From positions 32,364,001-32,428,000 of the forward strand of contig OZ116701.1 of the NCBI GenBank assembly GCA_964199315.1: a DNA stretch of 64,000 nucleotides. The letters are read 5' to 3'. The notes beneath the pieces were generated by a model that was given only the letters and a program-made list of their open reading frames with translations, was not told the origin of the DNA and ran no database searches. This DNA is from Orbicella franksi. Lineage: Eukaryota. Made by a program: the position numbers and the translations under genes. This document shows positions 24,894-34,691 of the stretch, piece after piece; within the stretch, counting starts at the first letter, position 1; the number at the start of each line of letters is the position of its first letter.

Positions 24894-25149
24894 GAACAAT
24901 GGTAGTGTTGGCGTAAACAACACTGAAATGATAAACAAGTGAAATTTTCCCGCCAAACGCACCTGCTGCCACGACAGCCGTGACGTCATGGCGGGAGGCG
25001 GAGCCTAGTTTTGAAATGAACAACGTCAGTCAACGGTCCGCCGGCCTGATGAGAAGTCCGCATGGTGAAGCTATCTTTCGCATATTCCAGAGTTTTTTTC
25101 TAAGCCTATTTCTAAACTTAGTCTTAGTCTGCGTTGCTTTATCGATAAC
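24894..25149. promoter_or_regulatory. Bidirectional promoter with a perfect CRE palindrome TGACGTCA at 24981-24988
   Basis: 256 bp between divergent ATGs. The CRE is followed by GC-box-like GGCGGGAGGCGGAG, and a half-site ACGTCA lies near 25023. Confidence 0.6.
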
Positions 25150-27518
25150 ATGGAAGCTTTGTCTTCCACCATGCATTCTGAAGCAAGCGAGACCACGCTG
25201 GAAACCGATACGAAACCCTCGCCACAGAAGGTTTGCATGATGCGAGGTGAGGCGTCAGCCGAAATTGGCGAAGAAATGACAAATAATAATTCCATGCAAT
25301 GGCAAATCAACCTCGACGTCAAACAAGAGCAAGACGATGATGAGTGGTAAGCAAAGTGGTTTTACACCTACAGCTGCGCTAGAGCTGAAATAACAGCCGT
25401 TGAGCAGGATGGTAGGTTCACTTCGTAAAACAGAAAGGCCATTTTCTAAATCTTGTTCATTTCTTTTCGTTAGTGTTCCAAAAGGCCCAGGACTGTACCA
25501 GTGGTTTGTAAACCAAGAATTATCAGAAGCTGTGAGCTCTGTTAATGTGGATCAGGTGGACCCTCACTCAGCTTCAATCCAAGAAATACTCGAAGCAAGT
25601 CGCTTGAGCAAAAATAAGGACCTTTTGCAACTTCTTGGTAAGAAAAGCGCTTTAGCTGAGCTTAATCTTAACTTGAGTTGAGCTTTTAAAATCTTTTATC
25701 ATAATTAAGCTTAAGACTTAAAAAGTAGCTTACGTTGTAAGTGGTTGTTGCTCGCTGAGTTTATTTGTTAGTACAAACTAAGCTTAGCTCTTTTTCTGCA
25801 AACAATCGTTGAAACCAATGATGCCGTTTTTTAAAATTCGATATTTTCAACGAGATTGTGCGAACCAAGTGGTTGATTGCTGCAAAGGAATAAAGTTTCA
25901 AGATAAAAAAATCTCTAAATTCCCTGCTCACTAAGTTGACTCAGGTGTATTTCACATGGTCCTTGTTCAAAGACCATATGAATATCACGGTAAAACTCAA
26001 TCATCTAATTTCAATTTGTGCTTCGTCAAAACAGGGCTTTTTAATTTGACTGCAGGTCAACAATAACAACGTCCATTTGCACCTCATTACAATATCATAA
26101 ATTAGGTACTAACTAAATTAATCATAGGGTTATATAATTGTAAGGCTAGGCATGTTGGGCAGCTAATTATAAGGTTAAAACAAAACGTACATCGGCCATC
26201 TGAGCAACATCCATCGACAAAACACTTGAAAGCAGAAAAGGTCTGAGAAAAAGACGGACAATTTTATAGGTTAGAATAATGATTAACGAAGATTTAAATG
26301 GATCAATTGCTGAAAAGCAAAACCAAATCTCTCTTTCACATCTGTACTATCATAAGTGTACCATCATAAGTGTAATCTACACGATCCCTAAATTCGCGGA
26401 GCCTTATAAGTTTTTTATGCCAATTTTTAATTCAGATGAGATTGGGTCTGGTGATACTTCAGCTTTGGCTGGAAATTACTGGCAAGAGGCAGGGAGCAAC
26501 GAATTCAACTCCCAGAATGTGGGCTTCTCAGCAAGTGGCACAGATGAATGCCAGCAGTTTAGTGATTGTCAGCATTTTCGGACATTTTACGAGCCGCTGC
26601 CTCTAGTCTTGCCTTCAGTAGCTGGATCTGTCAACAGCTGCAGTTTTGTGCAGCCAGGGGATGGTACGGTATGGACTGGGCAAGCTGCAGAAACAGGACG
26701 AGGCATGACTGTGGAGTGTATTCAAGCAGGAGAAGCTCCTTTTTCATTGGGTCAACCTTCAACATCAAGTGAAGATCTAAGTGATGAAATAGTAAGTTTC
26801 CTTGCATTTCTGAGTACATTCACCCCAACTTGCTGGTATGGCGTGCACATTACTAAGTGTGACTGTAAGAAACTGTTAGAAATAGTGATCAAAACTTGGA
26901 AATTAAGCCTGTGAGGAGGGGGGTGGGGGGAGTTCAGCCTCAAATGGTCCACAGTGGGAGCTTTTTTGGTATCTTTTTGGGTTTTGAGCCAAAAAATATG
27001 ACGGGAGAGATGTTGTTTTAGAATTGGTACCTCTTAGGGGCGAAAAACATTTCAGGCCACGCCCATGAAGCAGGATCTTGGTACCTATTAAGGAATCCTC
27101 CCAAGAGAAATTAAGTGCTAGCAAATTTTTGTCATATGGCTGACATTCTCATAACTAAGTTCTTATTCTGTTTTGAATCTCATGAAAGAAAAAACAAGAG
27201 GAGAAAAAGAGAAAAAGAAGAGAAAGGAACAAACAGTGCAGCCGAGAATTTCGCAGGAAACAAAAAGTCAGAGAACAGCTCTTGACGAGGGGAAAGGCTG
27301 AGAAGGAACAACTTCTGGTGGAAAGATACAAGAGGATTGAGAAAACAACCAAAATCCTGCTCAAGATTGCAAACAGCAGTGGAGCATGTGAAAAAGGACA
27401 GAACATCATCAACAGGGTAGCTGGTTTGATCAATAAAGAAAATTTACCATGTGCTATGGTGAAAGGTACCTTGGTTCCTTACAGACATGTTAGCTGCACC
27501 AAAACACAGGCCTTCTAA
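25150..27518 (+). CDS. Atypical bZIP transcription factor, 4 exons, about 348 aa
   Basis: Exons 25150-25346, 25474-25637, 26436-26791 and 27189-27518 are in phase (1047 nt). Exon 4 encodes KRKRRERNKQCSREFRRKQK with the bZIP N-x7-R-x9-L spacing. Confidence 0.8.
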
Positions 27519-27654
27519 AGCATTAATGTTTATTGTCTTAAAAGTTCAGTTGTTGAAAATGTCCATAGAGACACTAAAACTCCAGCCAGGTCAAACAAAG
27601 CAATGAATAGTAATACTACACAAAAAAATGCCGGATCATGCTACAAAAAATGCT

Positions 27655-27958
27655 GGATCATGTGTACTAAAGGCACCCGTGGTCGAGTGTCGATTGATAC
27701 CCTCGATTGATACCCTTGATTGACATCTTGATTGACATCCTGATCAATATGCGGTCGATGCTTGATCAACACCTGATCAAGAGTTGGTTGACAGTCAGCC
27801 AAGTGTTGACCGAGATTGAAAATTAGTTGACTGTCGACTGAGATGTCGATGGAGCATCAATTGGGTGTCAATTGAGGTGTTGATAGAGTGTTGATCGAAA
27901 TATCGATCAAGGGTATCAATTGACACTCGACCACGGATGCCGTTAGCACACATGATCC
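27655..27958. mobile_element. GGATCATGTG-TIR MITE family copy
   Basis: Ends ggatcatgtgtactaaaggcacccgtggtcgagtgtc and gacactcgaccacggatgccgttagcacacatgatcc; flanks aaaatgct / ataatgct (7/8). Confidence 0.85.
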
Positions 27959-28837
27959 ATAATGCTATTCCTTTGATTTAATATGTTGCTATGTCAGCAC
28001 ATTTGAATATGTTAATTCAGGTCATGGTTGTTCAAGTATCAATTTATCAATGCTAATTACCATCATTTCCAAGGCTACAAAACCTTTTAGTCAAACCAAC
28101 TGCAAAGTTAGCAAATCAGCTATCAAACATATCCATATACGTATGCATATGGTGTGTAAATTAATTTCTAAGTCTTTACCTCAGTGAGCTGTACTGAATA
28201 GTTTCATGGCTTTCTCATATTGCATTTCCTTTTCTTCATCCTTTGATTTTGAGTGCCTGTCAATGGTGCATGAACAATTTTGTGTCTGGTTAATGTAAGA
28301 TATACTTGACTAATGGAAATTTAGGGCCAACTTTGCAGTCAGAGGTTTGAATTCAATGAAAAGAACAGTTAAGACTAGCATCATCCCTGGGCAGAGCTCA
28401 TATGAAAGTGGCGAGAGTGATCATCTTACCTTTTAGGCGTTTTTATTGTTTGTTAGCATGTTCATATCGAAAATGACATTGGTCAGCATTATTCTAAAAC
28501 TGAAAAAGAACCATATCCACAGAATGACCATGTGTGTGCATGGCTGTTTAGTAGGCTTCGTTGTGTTCAAGTCCAATATCACTACTGAGTGATTCCTTCA
28601 GAGAGTCATTATGGCAAGTTTTGTTTCTGGATCATAATGTTGTTAGCTTTGTTTGGCCAGGGCTTTAAGTTTTAGGTTCTAATAACTGTGCTTAGGCGAT
28701 TCCTTTGGAGCTATTTACAGACAAAATTATTAGGGCTTTGCAATGGTCTCGTGAAGAGAATTGTTTTAAGACCTTTATTGTTGGTGTCAAGCTGGTATTG
28801 AATGAAGGTGTGGAACAGTGAAACTTATCGTAAATTT

Positions 28838-29505
28838 GGAGCATGCGTACTAAAGGCATCCACAGTCGAGTGTCAATCATTACCCTTGATTGATACTATG
28901 ATTATCAGTTGAGTAAGGCACTAGGGAAGTTTGGTTACGAAGTTTTGGCCTTAAAATTATGGTGTTGTCACGAGCAACTTACCTCGTTTCTGTTGGTAAC
29001 AATATCAACAGCCGTGCATCGCCTGTCGCATCGCTTACAATTTTGCACGCTTTGCTGCCAATGACGTCAAAGGCCGACAAGTTGTCAATGGATACAGAGC
29101 CAGTTGCTTGTGACAACAATAGGATTTTCACTTTAAAACTTGGTGAGCAAACTTTTGTCCCCCCTTACTCAACTGATAATCGTAATACCCTCAATCAACA
29201 TCTCCATAGGTATTTGATCAACATCCCGATCAATACTTAGTTGACATTCGATCGACACTTGATCAGCAGTCAGTCGATGGTTGGCTGAGTGTTGACTGAC
29301 TCATATGCATCAACTGAAAATTAGACAACTGTTGACCGCCTGTCAACCGAGATGTTGATGGAGTGTCAACTGAGGTGTCAATGGAGAGTCAATACTGTAT
29401 CGATTGAGTGTCAATCAAGGGTGTTGATCTTGGGTATTGATTAAGGATATCAATCAAGGCTATCAGTCAACACTCGCCTGCAGATGCCCTCAGTACACAT
29501 GATCT
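28838..29505. mobile_element. GGATCATGTG-TIR MITE family copy interrupted by a nested element
   Basis: Ends ggagcatgcgtactaaaggcatcc and gatgccctcagtacacatgatct; flanks gtaaattt / gtaaattc (7/8). Confidence 0.8.
28899..29182. mobile_element. Nested ~280-bp MITE with a perfect 19-bp TIR, flanked by TA
   Basis: GATTATCAGTTGAGTAAGG (28900-28918) is the exact reverse complement of 29163-29181. TA lies one base outside each repeat. Confidence 0.8.
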
Positions 29506-29962
29506 GTAAATTCAAATATTCAGAATCAAATGATGGGAAAATATGTAATAGTAGAAAGAAATAGCTGGTCTATTTCAAGGTTGTTTAAAATCATGTTTCT
29601 TGGATCAAATCTTTGTGAAAGAATTTTACGATTTTACTTTGTTCCAGATTGTGATTGTTGAGCAAGAATTAAAAGAAAAACATGTAAATAATTTCAAGAG
29701 AAAAGAAATGTAGTCATAACGTTTTAATGGCTAGCTTTATAACCTAGAAAGTGCAATACTATCTATGCACAGTTTAGTCATGAAAATAGCAGGAAATTTG
29801 AACCTCTTGTTTCATCTTTTTTTCCTGTTAATGACAGGGCAAACCCTGAAAACCTTTTTCCTTTAGCAGTAAAACTTTGGCTGTACTGGGGTTAGGGTCA
29901 TGAAATCAAATGTTTGAAGTCGTGAAAATACCATGACTATTACTGATTAAATGTTACTAGAC

Positions 29963-30140
29963 ATACAGTTGGATCCCATTGATTGTAACTCATTATTTCA
30001 AGTTCCCCGTTATTTCAAACTCAAAACCATTTCCCTTGAATTTACCTCTCAGTCATTAACTATCGGCTACTTCGAGCTCCCGCCATTTCAAATACTTTGT
30101 GTTTCCTCTGAGAGTTCAAAGTAGTGGGATTCAACTGTAT
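29963..30140. mobile_element. Short MITE-like element
   Basis: Inverted ends atacagttggatccc / gggattcaactgtat. Confidence 0.65.
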
Positions 30141-30330
30141 ATGCTGATGATAAAATGAACTGGGTGAATATTTTAAATACCTTAAATACTAAACTGTTTT
30201 CTATTACATGCATAACAACTTGTCTAATATATTAGTCTGGATGACATTATTTTCAGAACAGGTTAATAAAATAATTTTGTTTGCAAACACATCTTTTAAA
30301 GAATTGCTACCCCTCTCGTAGGGGTGTTTG

Positions 30331-32868
30331 CTATCTTTGATCAGAAATGACTAATATTTTCTCACAGAGACCGACACGTATACCCTCTTCAGGAACAATG
30401 AAGTTACCAACTTGCTTTTCTTTAGAAGGGTCTAATTCAAAAAGGTTTGCATTGCTTCTTTTCAGACAGTCCAGACCCCAAACAGCTGTATGGCTTGATT
30501 TACCATGCTTAGCACAGAAGTATGTGTTCTGTGGTTTACAGTTGTGTGGTAAGATAAATGTAGATGAAGGACTTGTATGAAACAACATGGGCACCTCCTC
30601 ATCTTGCTTAAACATTGTCCAGTCAATTATGTTGTCATCTAGCTGACACAGGACACCTAGGTTTTAAAAACGTAACATTTACAAAATGACAAGGCTTAAT
30701 TTAGTCAACTTCACCAACTATTACAGCAAAAATCTAAGTATTTTCCATTATAATACGTGCTAGTGTAAAGGGATCATGTGTACTAAAGGCATCCGTGGTT
30801 GAGTGTCGATCGAGGGTATCGATCGACACTCTGTCAACAACTCAGTTAATACTCGATCAACACACCATCAACATCTTGGTTGACAGTTAACCACTTTTTA
30901 ACTGATGCATCTGAGTTGTTTGACACTTGGCTGACCGTAGACCGACTGTTGATCAAGTGTCAATCAAGTGTCCACCGAGTATCGATCAATATGTTGATCA
31001 AGTGTATCGATCAAGGATATCAATCGACACTCGACCACTGCACAGATGCCTTAAGTACACATGATCCGTGTAAAGTGGGCAGGCAGGCAGAAGAAACTTT
31101 TTGAACTGAACTTCTTCATAACAAACAAACTTCTTCTCTAAATGGTCAAACCAGGCCTGCAAAATTGCCCTGCTCACAGCCGGTCAATTTGGCCGCTGCC
31201 CTGTCCTTAATGAAACCCCTGGGTAGCCTCCTCCTCCTCAGACAATACTAGATTCTCAGCCAACATGGGGTTTCTATGACTTCTTGTAAGTTTAAAACTA
31301 TCATGAAAACTATGTTCAAAATTATCTCACTGACCTGTTAGCAGAGCCCAATGCGCTTTGTGCCCATTTTCCAGACAAGGCTTATGGTTCTTATCAGCAT
31401 CATAAGGAACAAGCACAGCAGATCCCTTTAGCAATTCTGAGACAATAAATTGATGATCCTCAAATCCATAACTTATAACTTGACATCCAAGTCTATAAAA
31501 CTCCTTAGCAAGCTGACCCAGGTTTTCTGCTGAGTACATTTCACCTTGCTGTGAATAACCTTTTGATCTTGCCATGGACAGTAAGTTGTCTAGCTCCTCT
31601 TTATGTTGTTCCTGCCCGGCACAAAATGCTGTTTCAGTATCAGCTTTTTGATTTTGTATTAGTTCTGCTGCCATACTGATGGCAGACAATCCACACCTGT
31701 AGAGAACAACTGTATAGCCTGAGAGCACTCAAGAATCAACACCAGAAACAAGAATCTATTTCAACTCTTATCAGCTAACATCAGCATCATCCCATGCTAC
31801 TACAGAGCTGCCACCTATTCGGCAAAAAGTTGAGGCCTGAAGGAAACTCGATTTTTACACTAAAGAACTTTTTCAAAATTGACTTCCATGTTGTTTTTTC
31901 CTCCATGGCTCTAGACGACTCTTTGTTTTTTTGCAAAATTAATATGCATTACCAAAATTTTTCTGGCCCTTCTCTCCTAGTACCCTGCCACCTTTTCCTC
32001 TTGGGTTCAACCTTCCTCTCTCTCAACACCCTTCATTTGAATGAGTGTGCAAAAAGAGATGTCTGAATGCTGGGGCTAGTGTTCGTTAGAGGCTAATGAC
32101 ATAATTTTGTAACATGATAATCACATCAGCCCTGTAAGCCCTGATTGGGAAATCATCTGCTGCTGCAACAATGTGCAAACCCTCCTCTCCAAAAAAGTAA
32201 TTGCGACGTACTAGACCAAACATCGTAATTCCTCACTAGTCTCCCAAAATTTCATCTCTTACAGTACCAATGTGATTTGAATTTCCACAAAACTAAATTT
32301 GCTGTCTGGCAAGTGAAGGTCAGAATCCTCTAGTTTGATGACAAAATCCACTGGTCCCAGGCTATTGGACTCAACATTCTTTGCATGTTACTGGAAAGGA
32401 AACTCCTTTCTCAAACGGGAATTGGGGTGATGGTGATGGTGATGGCGATGGCGATGGTGGGGGGTGGTGTAGGTTGTTAAGAGAGTGAGCCCACTGTGTT
32501 TTTGCATTTTGGTCAGCCAAACAATGCTGTGTCTCGATCCTTGGTGCTCTCCAGCACGCAAGGGAACCGTACCTTAATATTTTCTATCTCTTGTTCAATA
32601 TATATACACATGGAACTACCTACTCGTTAATTTTTTTTCAGATTCTTTAGGGTGGAGACCTGGAATCCTGAATACCCTTTTGGCGCCCCCACTTTACTGT
32701 GTGAGAAAAGAATCTCTTTCCTGCTCCTTACCTTGGCAGTTTCCCCTGAAATCGAGTTGATACCTCCCCGTTACAAAGAAGCCAGTTCTTACGATCAGCA
32801 GTAATGGACGAGATTATTTCACGGCACTGTGTTTTGACATCAAAAGCGAGCGCGCTGTTGCAACTCAT
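30331..32868 (-). CDS. ACTMAP: Actin maturation protease (C19orf54/UPF0692), 3 coding exons
   Basis: Exons 32868-32732, 31696-31335 and ~30647-30331. The splice gives QGKLPR-CGLSAISMA (catalytic Cys motif), followed by GYSQQGEMYS, VLVPYDADKNHKPC, GHKAHWA, KHGKS and GLCEKILV. Confidence 0.9.
30771..31067. mobile_element. GGATCATGTG-TIR MITE family copy with a perfect 8-bp TSD
   Basis: Flanks gtgtaaag (30763-30770) and gtgtaaag (31068-31075); TIRs intact. Confidence 0.9.
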
Positions 32869-34691
32869 TCCGCTGTTGCACTTTTTCTTGGTTCGAATTT
32901 CTACTCTACTTTTTCTGGACAAAAACGCAAGTCCTAGAGGTCCTACATAAAAATTTACAACTGTTCCGCCATTTTTAGTTTTTATTTCGCCCCAGGCCTT
33001 CTCAGAAAGAAATATCAGAGCTGTTGATTGTTCCTTGTATAAATTATTATTTTTGCATAGATTATGAACGTATTAAAACCATAATCTGGTGTGACATGTT
33101 GAGACAAGAAAGGAATTTGCATGTGACATTAATGACCTTTGCAAATTCTCACATGTTCAGAATAATTTATTTTGTTACCATAAAATGCTGATTATCTCCT
33201 CTCACGGTGGTCTTTTAATATGGCCAAATCTTGAGATATACTTATCAGCGTGACTAATAAAAAGCAAAGCACTGGGTTCAACAATTTACAAACATTACAC
33301 TTGATAAAACCACAAACAATCGGAGAACCAATCGGGTAGTTTCCATAAATTTGGGGAAAAATCATGTGGCCTTGAACACGATAATTATCAAAGGCAACAC
33401 ACCCACCCACACACTCTCTCCTCAAAAAAAAAAAAAAAAAATCTCACAGGGAGGGCAGCTGAAACAGGCTAATATTATTAATTTTAAGTTAGTCCAAAGA
33501 AACTATACAGCACATGTACAGATAATGTTGACCTTTTATTAAATTTCCAACATTGTTTGTCTACAATAATTATTGTATTCAATTGATATCAACTGAGAGT
33601 AATAAAATGATGTTCATAAACAAGAGACCAGTGGAAAATGAAGTTAACTGTTACTTCTTTAATCACACGCTTTCTCTGGATCCACAACATTATTAAAATG
33701 GCATGAAAAGAATGTACAAGAAACAACCGTAATGGTAATTTCATCAGTCAGATGAACAGAGAATGATTGCAGCTGAGGACCTCTCACGACTTGCATACAG
33801 CTGAATGCTACTGTAACCTGGAGGGGCAGAGGGTGTTAATTCTCGTCTTCTAAGGAACCTAGTAACTTGTCTCTTTTTCCCCTTCATCCCCTCACATACG
33901 ACAACACAATCTTCTTGTCCTCTCAGAAAACAAACACAATTTTTTCCCAGGCTTCTCTCAGTCTGTCTGTCTGTCTGTCAGCTAAACTACTAGAGGGCAG
34001 GAAATTTCTCAAACTCAAACTTATACTAACGTCTTACATTGGAATGAATGTCTGATTTACTATTTGCAGATCACTGGATCTGCTGATCAATTTTGCAGTG
34101 GCAAGAAATATTCAAATACTATTACTCCCTACAGTGTGAGGTGCAATCTTCAACATCAAAAGAAAGGAAAGATGGAAAAGTGTTCATGTAAACACAAATC
34201 ATAACTCCATACTGTAAATTCCCACTTAAAATATAGCACTTACATATCCCACCCCCCACCCCCCCCCCACCCTTGCCCTACCACCTCCCCTTCACTATGT
34301 TGTAGCTTGTATCAATATGACCTACCATGGAATGGGGTAATCTTACACAAATAACTGACATTGTTTAGAGGAAAAATCAGTATACATTAAAGCTTTGCCG
34401 TTTTTGAAATTACCAATTTTGTCTGATAATTAGCTTTCCCTAAAAATAAACCCAAGAAAACATCTTTTCAATGAGCATAAAACCAAGACTAATACAGGTA
34501 AGTGGGATTTTACAGTATGCACCTACAAAAACCAAAACCATAGGAGATGGATAAATATGGGGCTAACAGAGTTTTAACCCTGACGGAAGGGTTGGCTTGA
34601 GAGGGGGGATGTGTCTTCTAAATTAGTAATGATACATTAGCATTACTCATCACAATCTCAGCATAATGTGATTTCATTTATCTCCTACTGA

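Noticed and set aside
28180-28700. Minus-strand protein-coding gene (RHSKSKDEEKEMQYEKAMKLFSTAH* and upstream exon-like pieces)
   Set aside because: Every joining of the candidate exons that I tried hits stops, and there is no convincing start. At most a non-coding transcript.
16230-31067. CRISPR-like or regularly spaced GATCGA repeats
   Set aside because: Eukaryotic context; the repeats are degenerate microrepeats inside TIR/TSD-bounded MITEs, with no constant repeat-spacer period and no cas genes.
33640-33830. Exon-like minus-strand frame between PNN and ACTMAP (VTVAFSCMQVVRGPQ...)
   Set aside because: No donor from PNN in a matching position and no recognisable homology. Probably PNN 3' UTR or intergenic.
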